This document shows positions 12,480-25,368 of a DNA stretch of 64,000 bases, piece after piece. The stretch is taken from NCBI RefSeq assembly GCF_901765095.1, contig NC_044034.1, positions 62,690,339 to 62,754,338 of the forward strand. Reading direction: 5' to 3'. The DNA is from Microcaecilia unicolor. Lineage: Eukaryota. The notes beneath the pieces were generated by a model. That model worked only from the letters and a program-made list of their open reading frames with translations. It did not search any database and was not told the origin of the DNA. Numbering within the stretch: position 1 is the stretch's first letter; every line of letters starts with the position of its first letter. Made by a program: the position numbers and the translations under genes.

Positions 12480-13560
12480 ATAGAGGGGCATAATCGAATG
12501 CGAACACCCATCTCCATGGGCGTCTGTCTCCAAGAACGGGTACGTGAAGGGGCGGGACAGACCGTATTTTCAAAAAAGATGGGCGTCCATCATGTTTTTC
12601 GATAATACGGTTTGTGCCGGGCAAATGCATCAGATTTGTACGGATTTGAGCTGGGCGGTTTCATTTTTCAGCGATAATGCAAACCGAAGGCGCCCATTTC
12701 AAAAACGAACAAATCCAAGGCATGTGGTCGTGGGAGGGGCCAGGATTTGTAGTGCATTGGTCCCCCCTATGCCAGGACACCAACCGGGCACCCTAGGGGG
12801 CACTTGTAACAATTAAAAAAAAAAAAAAAAGTAAAATACCTCCCAAGTCCATAGCTCCCTTCCCTTGGGTTCTGAGTCCCCAAATTCCCCCCCCCCCACA
12901 CAACTCTACACCATTACCATAGCACTTATGGCTGAAGGGGGGCACCTAGATGTGGGTTTTGGGGGCGGTTTGGTGCGCTCCCATTTACCAACACAAGTGT
13001 AACAGGTGGGGGGTGGGGGATGGGCCTGGGTCCACCTGGCTGAAGTCCACTGCACCCACTAACAACTGCTCCAGGGACCTGCATACTGCTGTGATGGAGC
13101 TGGGTATGGCATTTGAGGCTGGCATACAGGCTGGCCAAAAAAGTTGTTAAAGTTGGGGGTTTTTTGGTGGGAGGGGGTTAGTGACCACTGGGGGAGTCAG
13201 GGGTGGTCATCCCCGATTCCCTCCGGTGGTCATCTGGTCATTTAGGACACTTTTTTGGGACTTGTTTGTGAAAAAAAAGGGTCCCAAAAAAGTGACCTAA
13301 ATTCTCGCTAAAAACGCCCATTTTTTTCGATTATCGGCCAAAGGCGCCCATCTCTACTCGGCTGATAAACACGCCCCAGTCCCGCCTTCACCACGCCTCC
13401 GACATGCCCCCGTCAACTTTGTCCGTTCCCGAGACAGATTGCAGTTGGAGGCACCCAAAATTGGCTTTCGATTATACCGATTTGGGCGCCCACGAGAGAA
13501 AGGTGCCAGTCTCCCGATTTGGGTCGGAATATGGGTGCCTTTCTCTTTCGAAAATGAGCT
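12480..13560. repeat. Unclassified interspersed repeat, family shared with 60200-61100 in the opposite orientation
   Basis: Shared blocks include ggtgggagggggttagtgaccactgggggagtcaggggtggtcat versus atgaccactggagggaatcagg...gtggtcactaaccccctcccacc, and recurring cgaaaa / acgtccaaa / gatgttttt motifs. There is no coding signal. Confidence 0.5.
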
Positions 13561-14099
13561 GGATAGTGGTAATTGCATCTTAATAAATCATAAAATATTG
13601 CAAAAACAGGCAGTTAGATACTAAAGACTGCTCTAATGTGAATACCAAAGTATGATTAGAAATAAATAAAAATGTGACGGTATAAAAAAACATCATGAGT
13701 GATAATAGCTTAAACGAAAGATATGCTTTATGACAAGGCAGTGAAATATATAGGGTCCTGTTTACTAAGTTGCGCTGTAGGTTCCCTTTGCAGTTTTAGC
13801 ATGCGCTAATGCTAAAGACACCCTATATTTCTACATCTGTTCATTCTGGCTAGGTGGACGGTAGTACTTCTTATTACTATCCTTTTTCCCTTTACACATG
13901 GAATTTCAATCCATAGGGATTCCAAGATGTGTTTTGTTTCCTGCAGAATTTTCAATTTGATTCAATTTGATTCCTTAACATACAGAGCTACCCCTCCACC
14001 AATTCGATCCATTCTGTCACTACGTTGTAATTTGTACCCTGCTTATCCTCCTTCCACCTGATCTCAGAGATGCTTATTATATCTAATTTTTCATTTAGT

Positions 14100-14760
14100 G
14101 CAATATATTCTAACTCTCCCATCTTATTTCTTAGACTTCTGGCATTCGCATATAAACATTTAAAACTATGTTGTTACTATTTACATCTTGCTCGGCAGTT
14201 GTCAATATTAATTTGCAATCTTTTGTCTGCTTTTTATTTAAAGACACCTGGAGGCATATTTTCAAAGCACTTAGCCTTTCAAAGTTCCATAGAAACCTAT
14301 GGAACTTTGGAAGGCTAAGTGCTTTGAAAATATGCCTCCTGGTCTACTATGGTCTCTTTTGCAACCTCGCTATTGGGATACCCTATCTCCCCTGTTTTGG
14401 TGATATCTTTAAAAGATACTTTTTGAATGACCGTCAGCCTTCCCTCCCCCCCCCCCCCCCAAGGTTCTAGTTTACAAGCTGCTCTATCTCCTTTTTAAAT
14501 GACAATGCCAAAATCCTGGTTCCACCCTGGTTAAGGTGGAGCCCATCCTTCCGGAATAGGCTCCCCCTTCCCCTCAATGTTGCCCAGTTCCTTACAAATC
14601 TAAAACCCTTCTCCCTGCACCATTGTCTCATCCATGCATTGAAATTCCGGTGCTCTGCCTGTCTCTTGGGCCCTGCACACGGAATGGGTAGCAATTCGGA
14701 AACTACTACCATAGAGGTTCTGGGTTTGAGTTTTCTACCTAACAACCTAAATTTGGCTTC
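14100..14760 (-). mobile_element. LINE (CR1/L2-type) ORF2 C-terminal fragment
   Basis: ORF 14467-14745(-) reads ...NAWMRQWCREKGFRFVRNWATLRGRGSLFRKDGLHLNQGGTRILALSFKKEIEQ.LN, the conserved extreme C-terminus (DGLHLS..G...LA) of CR1-type ORF2. Confidence 0.55.
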
Positions 14761-15639
14761 CAGAATCTCCCTCTCACATTTTCATATGTCATTGGTACCC
14801 ATATTTACCAAGATGTCCGGCTCCTCCCCAGCACTATCTAAAATCCTATCTAGGTGACACATAAGGTCCAGCACCTTTGCACCAAGCAGGTAAGTGATCA
14901 GGTGATACGTCCATCAGCCTCCCAAATTTCTACATGCCTAATAATTGAATCACCAACAGCCGTTCTAACCCTTCCCTCCTGGGCAGAAGCTCTTGAGACA
15001 CATCCTCAGCGTGAGAGGATATTGCATCCTGTGGTGGGCTGGTCCTGGCTACAGGATTGCTTCCAGCTGTACTAGGGTGATGCTCTTCTTTTAGAAGACC
15101 TCCCTCCCCCAAGGAAGCACAGGGGCTGCCAGACTGGAGGTGGGACTTCTCTACAATGTCCCTGTAGGTCTCCTCTGTGTACCTTTCTGTCTTCCTTACC
15201 TCCTCCATGTCTGGTACTCTAGCCTTGAGAGAAATGTTGAAATGTGTTCTGTGCTCTGCTGTTCTTAAGAGTTAATACAAGAGAAATAATGTGGAATCTA
15301 AACATTTGTGATGAGAGGAATTTTCCCTGCTTGGCCAAATTTTGCCTAGTTTATGCGGTGTTTCCACATGATATATCCATAGCTGACAAATCCTGAAGCT
15401 ATATTTTGATAAGAGCAACATGTTGTAAAGTAGTTATTTTAACTTGAAAATCAGAGTTGTTATGTGGTGACAGGGAGATGCCAAAGCTCAACCCTGCTTG
15501 AAGTAGAAAATATAGTTTACATGCTTGTTGAGCTGCTTTGATATCCCATAATATAGTGAGTCAAACGAAAAGGATACAGGGGCATAGCATCATATTTATT
15601 TAAGGAAAATGAGGATAAAATCATTATCCTAGATCAGTG

Positions 15640-15830
15640 ATTTATAAACCTGCGAGTACCCCATTCATTTGGGGTTTTCAGGATATCTGCAATGTACATT
15701 CATGACATTGATGATATTGATTTACATACACTGGCTCCTTGGTGTGCAAATCTATCTCATGAATATTCATTGTGGATAGCCTGAAAACATAACTGGCTGG
15801 AGTTCCCCTAGGTCAGGTTTGGGAACCCCT
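15640..15830. mobile_element. Small palindromic MITE-like element (TIR ttttcaggatatc...gaatattcat)
   Basis: ggggttttcaggatatctgcaatgtacattcatga...tcatgaatattcattgtggatagcctgaaaaca is internally inverted-symmetric. A second copy at 54530-54680 shares the termini, and the same termini close the large palindrome at 50150-50200 and 51830-51870. Confidence 0.6.
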
Positions 15831-15946
15831 GCACAAATGGAAAATTGTGATTGCCAAAGCCAGATGTAATTGGTGTATGGAAATGGGAATTCACAAATCT
15901 CAGTATTTTATTTTTTTTTTTTACTATTGATGTTTTTTGAATCTAG

Positions 15947-16102
15947 AATGAAATCTTGTATAGAGTTCGGTGGAAAGGATACACTTCTGATGATGATACC
16001 TGGGAGCCGGAAGCTCATCTGGAAGACTGTAAAGAAGTGCTTCTTGAATTCAGAAAGAGAATGCCAGAAGTCAAACCAAAACCTGTTAAGAAAGATACAC
16101 CG
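15947..16102 (+). CDS. MPHOSPH8: MPHOSPH8 coding exon 2 (chromodomain core: ILYRVRWKGYTSDDDTWEPEAHLEDCKEVLLEFRKRMPEVKPKPVKKDTP)
   Basis: Near-identical to human MPP8 VLYKVRWKGYTSDDDTWEPEIHLEDCKEVLLEFRKK. Acceptor ttttttgaatctag|AAT. Donor ACACCG|gtatgc. Phase 0 to 0. Confidence 0.9.
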
Positions 16103-19100
16103 GTATGCCTTCAGTTTCCTCTTTTCTACTCTGTTTATAACTTTTTCTCCCTGTTCCCCAGAACACTTTTTAAATTGGACAGTTCTACATAGCTAAACAG
16201 ATCCCTTTTAATTATGTGTTTGTACAATAGTAATTCATGTTAATGCAAAAACGTGGATATTTTGGTTTCTCGTTTAACAAAGAAATTTAATGAAATACTT
16301 TGTGTTTGTCACTGTTAAATCCAGTGAGCAGTTTTGTTTAATAATAAGCTTGTAAAATAAACTCTTCAGAGCACAAGCAGACCATGTCCACTTTTTGCAT
16401 TTTCAGCTATGCACTGATTCATAGCTAATAAGGCCTAAAGACTTAAAAAAAAAATCAGGCCATGACTTTAATCTGTATATTTGTAAGTATGGACAGTTTA
16501 GGCATTGCTTGTTCTTTTTACTGAAATGTATACCTCACAACTTAAGATGGCCACTATCTCCCTTTGTAACAAAATGGATTTGGCTCGGTTTTGTTCTCAA
16601 GGGTCCATTACACAAGAATTCTGTCATGAGATTCCTTGCGCTTATACCTTGTCTGTTTTTGCCTTTGTTTCTGTGAACTAAGAAAATGCAGTGCTGATGT
16701 TTAGGATGTCATCTTGATGGCAGGAAGGGCATGCCCACGTTATCATACCAAAAATAAAATTAGGACACTTTTGTGTTTAAGGTGGTAAGATCTGTACATT
16801 CTCATTCAGAAGGTCCCCAGGTTGGGCCTTCTGATCCCTAGCTCTGCTGGAACTGTGGATGTTCAGAGATATTCTTCTCCTTTATGGAAAGGCAGGTAGA
16901 GAAGGATATGTTTATTACTTGAGAGGAAATCTAGTGGCAGGATTCAGGGCCTATGATTTCAGAGTTTCGGGAGGAACCTTGGTTTATAGCTACCTGTCCA
17001 GGACTGTCCGTGGACTGAAGTAAATTGGGAAGGGACATAGAATGAGAGAAAATCCCTGGGTAGTAGGAAATGGATTCATTGCCAGGTTGAAAGTACAAAG
17101 GAACAGCAGGAAGCCTCGATTAAAAACATTAATTAAAAGAACTTGTAAAGTAGTTGGTTAGCTTTGATATAATTTGCAAAGCTAATGAATAATCAAAGAT
17201 GCATGCCTTTAGGTCTTATGAAAACCTGATAAAGGATTTGGAATTTTTAGATGTAATTTATACTTATTTTTCAAAACCTGTGCTTAAGTTATCTATTTAA
17301 GGTTTATCACCTTCTTGATCAGGAGAATTGCCCAAAGTAATGTACAAAGTAGAATAAAACATAAGTTACAATTCATGTAAATCACCAGCAGGACAAATGA
17401 TACCACATCTGCCACAGATCATTATATATGCCCAGAAAAACCAACAAACTCCCTGTTGTTGGCTTTTTATCTAACTATATTCTGACTTGTCAGATATTTG
17501 GATTTTAGGTTTAATTACCTTTTTCAAATCTGAGATTAAAATGAGATATTCAGGTACTTGAGTTATTTTCCTGTTCAGGTGATCTTACAATTTTAAGTAT
17601 ACATCTGAACACTAATGAAAGTAAAATGGATATACTAAAGCAAACTTAAGCCTAACAGAAGTATTAATAGTAACTAAAATCATAATATAAAGCATAATTT
17701 CAGTGCATCATGCAATAATGTTCAAAATTTTCATAAATGAGCACATATATATAGCAGATAAATGAATACATGCACAAAAGGTATTTATAAAGTCTTTAAA
17801 AAAATGAAACTACATGCATCAAGGTTTTTAGTACATTACTTGACAAAATAAATTTTTATGGATCTTAGTGGAGAGATCAATCAGTAGTAGCCTTTCACTA
17901 GTAGCCTCTACAAAAGTTTGCAATCTCATGATCACCGGAGGTCATTGTGAACGATGCAATGGAGAGTCCAAACTTCTCACATCAAAACAAAGGAAATCAG
18001 GCAGTAAATGGAACAAAGCCAAAAATCTTTTAGGTCTAGCATTTTGTGACTGTATGGGATGGACCATCACTTTCTCTAACTGACTTGGTATATTCTTCAC
18101 ATTAGCAGTGGTATATTGCATGTGAGCCTTAAAACCATGGTTGTGTACTAGGGCTACATGCAATTGCACTCAGGTTACAGTGTTTCTGGAATAACTATAT
18201 AGGATTGGGTAATCAGGAATCCAGGAGTTTTTTGGAGCACAACACCAGATGTGGATTTGAGCAAGTGCTGCCCATTAAAGAACAATTTAGCATCAAAAGA
18301 ATCCAGCTAACTAAGTATATTTTTCATTTTTGTATTTGGATGTGATGGATGTTCAATAGTTTATTTGAAGACATATTAAGGTTTAACGATTTTGCAACTA
18401 TTGACTATATTTGGGAGGTTGGAGGTTTTTGACCTATAATTACAGTTAGACCGTATACAATATATATGGCCACATTCTAATTTGAGCCTGAGCATTATTG
18501 ATAACGGTCATTTATGAGGTCTTTTCCTGCTCTTTTTACCATGTATAAATTATGAACATATTTTCTATTTCCTAGATTTTTGCATTTTGTACACCAGTGA
18601 ATATTATAGATCATTCTAATTTTGTTTGGTGTCATAGATCCCTTTTTTTTTGGTTCTTATTGGGAAAAGCTTGCAAGATTTATTTTTTTTTTCCCTCTAT
18701 CACCATCTACTGTTTGATGGGCACAACCCATGGTTCTTGGACTAGTCTGGTGGGACTGAAGGAAAGAAAAGTAGCGCAGAAGACCTAATTTCTCCTTCTA
18801 CCACAAATTGTGCGAGGTCAGAGCTAAATCCTTGTAGCATTTAGGTAACTCAAGTATATAACTTTTTATACAAAATTTTCTGATGAATTAAGTTCTGGAA
18901 CAAAGGTCAGATATCATAAGGAAGTTTTATTTTGCCTGTAACAGGTGATTGATAGCATAGAACAACCTCCTAGTGGATGTAGTGGGAACAAAATAGTATC
19001 AGAATTCAAGGACATATGGCTCCCAGCATACAGGGCGATTAATGGTGGGAAGATCAGGGTAAAGCTGAAGCTAAAGTAAACTCAACATTTATTACAGTAG

Positions 19101-19243
19101 GTGGTAAGAATAGACACACTTGATGCATTTAGTGATCTTCATTTGACAGCTGCATTTCTGTATTTGTTTTTGGTCAAGTAAAAGGTATAGCTTCATGTAA
19201 AGATTTCATGAAATGATCTTTTCCATTTATCTTTCATTTTTAG

Positions 19244-20089
19244 AAACTATTGTTACATGATGATATTTTTGAGGCCGAATCTGACAGTGATTGGCAAAGT
19301 GAATCAAAAGAAGCAGTAACGCCAAAGAAGAAGAAAAAGAAATCAAAAGATGAGGACGATAAAACCCAGGATGAGTTAAGGAAAAAAAAATCCAAATCTG
19401 GAAAAACAAAAGAACGATCCAGGTCAGACCACCAAGAGACCTCAGATAGCTTGGATTCAAGAATAAAGAAAAGAATTTCAGAAAGTAGAGAAGATTTAAA
19501 AGAGATCAAGAAGCAAAGAAAAGAAGAATCTAGAGAAGCCAAGAAATTGAAGAAAGAGATAAAAGATGCAAAGGTGAAACATAAAGAGGATTATAAAGAA
19601 AATAAGCAGCAAAAGGAAGTTCTTGACCTTCCGTTAGAGTCTGAGTCCAGTGTAGTCGATATGGTTTCTCAGTCACCTGACTCTGAGCAAATGGATTTCC
19701 TTAATGAGAGCACATTAGAGGACCAACAGAAAGCAGACACTAGCAAAGATAAGATGGAGCAAGAGACTATTGAGACAAACACCATTGCTGACGGGCAGCC
19801 GGATGGCATGGCAAGTTCAGAAGAGGACTCTGAGATCAAGATGAAGCGAAAGAAGAAAAAAATGAAAAAAATGGACAAAAAGGAAAGTAAAAGGTTGGAT
19901 ACTAAAGATTCCCAGTTTGAGAAGAAAAGTGCACACAAAAAGCAAAAACATATAGAGAAGGTGAAAGTTCCTGTAGTGCCAGAAAAGCCGCCACCGCCGC
20001 CGCCATCATCTGCACCTGCTCCAGTACAAAAGAGTTCAAAATTAAGCATTGATGAGAAGGGGCGTAAGCCCATGGAGTCCTTTGGGGAG
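19244..20089 (+). CDS. MPHOSPH8: MPHOSPH8 coding exon 3 (large K/E/S-rich low-complexity linker exon: ...DDIFEAESDSDWQSESKE...KKKKKKSK...ESESSVVD...PPPPPPSSAP...)
   Basis: Starts with the NDIFEANSDSDQQSE motif of human MPP8 and has the same lysine/glutamate/serine-rich composition and the conserved ESESSV motif. Acceptor ctttcatttttag|AAA. Donor GGGGAG|gtaaga. 846 nt, phase 0 to 0. Confidence 0.85.
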
Positions 20090-22739
20090 GTAAGAAATAC
20101 TAAATACATACAAAACCATCTTGGTTATGATAGATAATCTACTGGAGACTTTATTTGAAACACTGTATAGCTGTTGATATCTTTGAAAGGAAATGTGATG
20201 GATAAGAAATGGTGGTGGATAAGATATAGATATAATAGTACAAGTTAAAAGGTTATACGGTCTAATGGTGTGTACATTTTTCGCATTCTGCTGTCTAAAA
20301 AATATCATTCAAAATGCATTTTACTAAGTTTGTTTCACAGATCTACACATCAAACTCTATATTTGTTTCTCAAGGAGGTCGTGGAGTATCCTCTAGCCAG
20401 CCTGGTTTTCAAGACACCTACAACAAATGTGTGAGAGAGAGAGTTGCATACACTTCCTCTGTTACCTACCAGTCTATATATCATGTATATTTGTTGTGAA
20501 TGTCTTGAAAAACAGAATGACCAGGGGATTCTCCAGGAACTAGCTTGAGAGACATTAGTCTACATGTCCAACACAATTGTAAAAATTTTCAAAAAGTAAT
20601 TAATAAGAAACAGGGAAGTCCTGATTGCACATGTCTTCACACCTTTAACTCCAGTGTTTCTCAAAATTACCTTTATAAGGCTTATAATTTAAATAGTCAC
20701 ATGTGTCCAGTCACAGTATGTGAGCTGATTCAAGTACACCTGGATGAAGAATTAAGCTGTTTCTGTTGTGTGAAGTGAATCTGGAACAGGGGTAAAAACA
20801 TGGAGCTGCCAAAACAGTCTGGAATAGTTAATGGTACAAGTTCAGGGAAGGTTCTTAGAAAATTTCAGTTTGAATATTCTTTATGACATGGACAAGGTGT
20901 TTGATCAGATGTCATGGACCTCAATGGGTCAAGGAAAGTACTGAAAAAAGTTACTATGAGGCCTAAGATTACTTAAAAAGAAAATTAGAGAGCTGTGGCT
21001 GAAATAGGGGAAAATATTGACTGTTCAACAATTTCTCTACACCCATAGTCTGTGTGGGAAGGTGGCAAGAAGAAAACCACTGCCTAAGAAAAGCCATGTG
21101 ATTTGCCATGTAGCATTTGCAAAGAAGCAGTTGAAGTACGCTGCACACATGGAAGAGAGAGGGCTGTATTTGGTCTGATAACAACGAAGTGGAATATTTT
21201 GGTCTCAGTTCTATGATATGTGCAGTATGGGGAAAAACCCAAAGCAACACCCTTCCATCTTTTAAAAAAAGTGCATAAGGGCCTATGCGCATCCGATGTG
21301 CGCCAAATCTGCATTTCCACCCAGCTACCGTGTGCCCCGGGTGGTAATTCCGAATTTGTTGCTTGATGAAAACATGCGGTAGAAAATATTTTCTACCGCG
21401 GTGCGCCTACCCAGCAGTAAACGGCAGTTGGCGTTTGCTTCATGCTTGCCGTGTGGGTAGCATGTGAGATCTTACCGCTAGGTCATTGGGTGGCGGTAAG
21501 GTCTGAAGCTGAAAATGGATGCGCGCTGGTTTCAGTTTAAGCGCATATCGATTTTCCGGCCCCTTAAAAAAGGCCCTTTTTGCTAGACTCGGTAAAAAGT
21601 GGCCCAGCGTGCCCAAAAGATGCGCTTGCACTACTGCAGGCCATTCTTTACTGTGGTTTAGTAAAAGGACCCCTCTATTGAAGAGATGCTTTGCAACAGC
21701 AGGACCAGGAAGGTTTGTAAAGACTGAGGGAAAGATTCAAAGTACAATTCCAAAATAAAGCAAGCAATATAGGTACAAAATGTATTAAACACTGTAAAAC
21801 TATTTTTGTAAATCAATAAAATAATGCAATATAGGTAAAATTAGGCATTGAAAATATAATGGAAATCAGACTCAACATAGCCATAAGAACATATGACCAT
21901 ATTTACTTTTCTACCCGGATAGGAAACTGTAGGACCAATAATTCTAGTTTGTTTTGTTTTTCTTCTATAAGGGGCAGAAAACCTTTTAAACAGGTTGAGT
22001 TTCTCTGGGTTTTCAAGTGGCAATATTTTGGACTGATTTATCTTTTGTCTGTCAGAAATCATGTTATTGAGATTTTAGAAAAAAAATCTTAAAACTTAAA
22101 TTATTTCAAAAATTTGTATTGTGAAGCAATCTGTAATTTCTGATATGCCTAAGTACAATTTCAAATTTTCTCTGTTTATATTGCATTATTCATCATTTTG
22201 AATTTATTGCAGTTGTATGTTATTCCTTGAGTTTACTCCAGCTCTTGTTTTGTTAACTACTTAGATCTACAAGGTATTAGTAGTCTACAATACTTTTTGT
22301 TATCTTATGTTGAAAGCCTAGTACAGGGGAGGAAGTGACGTCACCAAGCAACATGGTCACTTGAAACGAGAGCTCCCGCTACCCCACGTTGATTTTCTGG
22401 CGGTATCGTAGTAAGCGTTCCACTTTACAGAACGATTCAGAAGATTCTGAGTTCTTTTGTTTAGGAAAAGCGGAAGAAGCATGAGTGCGCCCTTAAGCTT
22501 AGCTAAATATGCCTTTACCGGCGATTCGGCAGCGAACCATGTGGTGGGCACACTAGCAGCGGTCCCGAACCAGGCAAGTGGTTCGGTAGAAGAAGGGTCT
22601 CAAGACTTATTTCCTTCGGAGCATGAGCGGGAAGCCCCAGACTCTTTCAGGGCCTCAGAATTACGAGACTGGTTATTGGAGACTAGAGAAAAAGGCCCGT
22701 TTCTGACAGAAATGAAACGGGCGCTAGCAAGGTTTTCCT

Positions 22740-22860
22740 CGGAGTGTGTATGTTTGAGAGAGTGTGTGTGAGATTGACTGTGTGAGAGAGAGTGAATGTG
22801 CGAGTGTGTGTGTGTGACAGAGAGAGCGTGAGACTGGGTGCGAGTGTGTGTGTGAGAATC
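22740..22860. repeat. (GT)n/(GA)n-type compound microsatellite (gtgtgtgagagagtg...)
   Basis: Direct reading. Confidence 0.8.
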
Positions 22861-23170
22861 AGTGTGTGTGCCAGGGGCCCCTCCCTCCCAGTTCCAGGGT
22901 CCCCCCTCCATCCCTCCCTCCGTCCCTCCGAGTTCCAGGGTCATCCCCCTTCCCTCCCTCCAAGTTCCAGGGTCATCCCCCCTTCCTCCGAGTTCCAGGG
23001 TCCCTTCCAGTTTCAGGGTCCCCCCCCCCACCCTCCCTCAGAGTTTCAGGGTCACTACCCTCCCAGTTCCAGGGTCACTTTCCCTCCCAATTCCAGGGTC
23101 CCCATACCAGTTCAAGGGTCCCTCCCCCTCCCTCCAAGTTCCACGGTCCTGTCCACTCCCTCCCTCTGAG
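22860..23170. repeat. GC-rich tandem repeat (units of about 30-36 bp, ccctccctccgagttccagggtca(t)cccc) giving proline/serine-rich ORFs in several frames
   Basis: Repeated gagttccagggtc / ccctccctcc blocks read directly. The three overlapping + strand ORFs at 22792-23305 are frame variants of the same repeat. Confidence 0.8.
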
Positions 23171-23639
23171 ATGCTTGGGGGGGGGGGGGGGTTGCTATTT
23201 GCTGTCAACCTAAGGAGACACTGCTTCTGGCGTCCACCAGCTAAGGCCTGTCCTGACCCAGAGGCAGCTGGAGCTCCCTCATACTCTTTCAGTGGCACAC
23301 ATTGACAGGCAACGGTGGGGCTGACGCAGCCTCGGGCACTTACCTGGATAAACTTTGTATTGTTGACAAATGATCTGAAAATACAGAGTTTAAAATTGCT
23401 GTTTCTACCACGTAGAATAATTTTTAAAGCTGTTTTAGTAATATTTAATTTAGATTTCATGATATTCATATGTACAGATGGGAAGCTTTCAAATAAATTA
23501 AAAAGGTGTGCAGTAAGAATCCAAAAACAAAAATCTTTTGTCCTTTACCTGTTAAGGCGCAGTTTATCCAGTAGAAACAGCTTTAGACGTGTTTCAGATG
23601 GAAGAAGGGAAAAAAAACGACAATATGGATCAGCAGCCC

Positions 23640-23975
23640 CTATGTGTGCTTGGTTTTGAGTGTATGGGAATGACGGCTGTGTTGGGGAGTGGAAACAGAG
23701 ATTAACCAATGGGCTTCCTTGCTTACAGTGTAGTTGATTGGGTCACTTCCACTCGTGTGTAGTAATCGTCCTGCAGCATGGCCGGAGTCGGGGAGGAGAG
23801 GGAGGGTGGCGGAACGGTGAGCGAGCGGTTGCAGGAGGGTGGGTGAGGGGAACTGTGGGCTTGGGGACGGGTCCAGCGACGATTTTGCTTGGTTTTGAGT
23901 GTATGGGAATGATGGCTGCGTTGGGGAGTGGAAACAGAGATTAACCAATGGGCTTCCTTGCTTACAGTGTAGTTG
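23640..23975. repeat. Local tandem duplication: a ~90-bp segment (gcttggttttgagtgtatgggaatgacggctgtgttggggagtggaaacagagattaaccaatgggcttccttgcttacagtgtagttg) is repeated at a spacing of about 237 bp
   Basis: Copy 1 at 23647-23737, copy 2 at 23884-23975, more than 95% identical. Confidence 0.8.
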
Positions 23976-25230
23976 TCGTCATTATGACCCGCCCTCGACG
24001 TCATCACATTTGACGTGTGGGCGGGGCAGACACTCATGGAGGAAAAGCGATCTCAGCACTTTTAGAACGTTGGGAAAGTGAGGCTTCATTAGAACGTTGG
24101 AGGTGCGTTTTATATAGAGAGATAAATAAATATAAAAATATATATATATATATAAATGCGAAGATAAGGATTCCCAAACCAAAAATAAAAAAACAAAATC
24201 ATTTACCAGCAATAATTATCTTTCCAAAGGTCTCAATGAGTATAATCCAATATACTCAATTTGAGAAAATGAAATGAAGTATTAAAACACCTGAGTTGAA
24301 AAATCAAACATGTACAGATGAACAATTTAAATACTTCCTAGTTTGTGAATCTGAAAATATAAATAGTACATACTGAATATTACATATATAGCAATAAACT
24401 CGGTCTTAATATACGCAATAAAAAGTCCATATAGGGCTAGATTCTATATATGGCACTGAAAAAAATTACGCTTAGGCATATTCTCTAAGGTACACCTAAA
24501 TTTTATAGAATTGGCTTAAATTTCCATGCAATATATAGAGTTATGCCGAGCACCTCTCCACGTGACCAAATTTAGTCATGGCCACATTTTACTTGGCGTA
24601 AATCCCGATGCCTAAATTAGGTATACAGTGGGTGTATTCTATAACAAGTCACATAGATTTTAGAAATGCCCATGCCCCACCAATGACTGCGCACCCTTTT
24701 CAACTGTACAACTTAGAATTTACGTGCACCATATTACAGAATACGCTTAGCGAGTTCTACGTGTAAATCTTAATTGCAGTTAGTGCTGATAATTGCTTGT
24801 AAATATCCAATTGACAGCACTGATTAGCTAGTTAACCAATAAGTTACACACGTTGTTATAGAATATGCTTCGATTTCCACGCAGATATTAAGGTGCAATG
24901 TATAGAGTACAGCAGATACTGCATAAAACATCTTTGTAAAAAATCTTAATTATTAAATCATCATTAATTATAAATTATGCTCTTGCAGATCAAATGTGAA
25001 GTGTACTATAGTGCATACGAAAACGAAGTTTGATTCGGAAATATACATACTTGGATGCTCTAACACCAAAGTGGATAGCATGGGAAGCCTTTGTTTTGGG
25101 AAAAAAAAAGGTGGGGGGAGGGTTAAAATAAGTTGCATAAAATTTCGACTGGGGATAAATGCTCTTATATAACTTCACATTTATGTGTTAAAAAAACATT
25201 GAGGAAAGGAATATAAGTGCATTTAGGGGT

Positions 25231-25368
25231 CCTTTTACTAAGGTGTGCCAACAGATTTAGCACGCGCTAAATAATAAGACACCTGTAAGAATATAATGGG
25301 CATCCTTTAGCACATGCTAATCAGCGTACGCTAAGTCCGTTAGCATACCTTAGTAGAAGGACCCCTTA
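25231..25368. mobile_element. Harbinger-like MITE of about 135 bp with about 17-bp TIRs (ggggtccttttactaag / cttagtagaaggacccc) and a TTA TSD
   Basis: Inverted termini read directly in the sequence. TTA sits immediately on both flanks (catTTA|gggg ... cccc|TTAgtt). Confidence 0.7.

Noticed and set aside
19240-20109. Minus-strand ORFs 19240-19542 and 19669-20109 antisense to MPP8 exon 3
   Set aside because: They are artefacts of the purine-rich, low-complexity K/E/S coding sequence. The antisense strand is pyrimidine-rich and stop-poor (F/S/L-rich translation).
22792-23305. Three overlapping Pro/Ser-rich ORFs (121-147 aa) on the + strand, plus 22600-23031 and 23038-23469 on the - strand
   Set aside because: All are generated by the GC-rich tandem repeat at 22860-23170. 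Simultaneous openness in multiple frames and on both strands is typical of repeats and does not indicate a gene.
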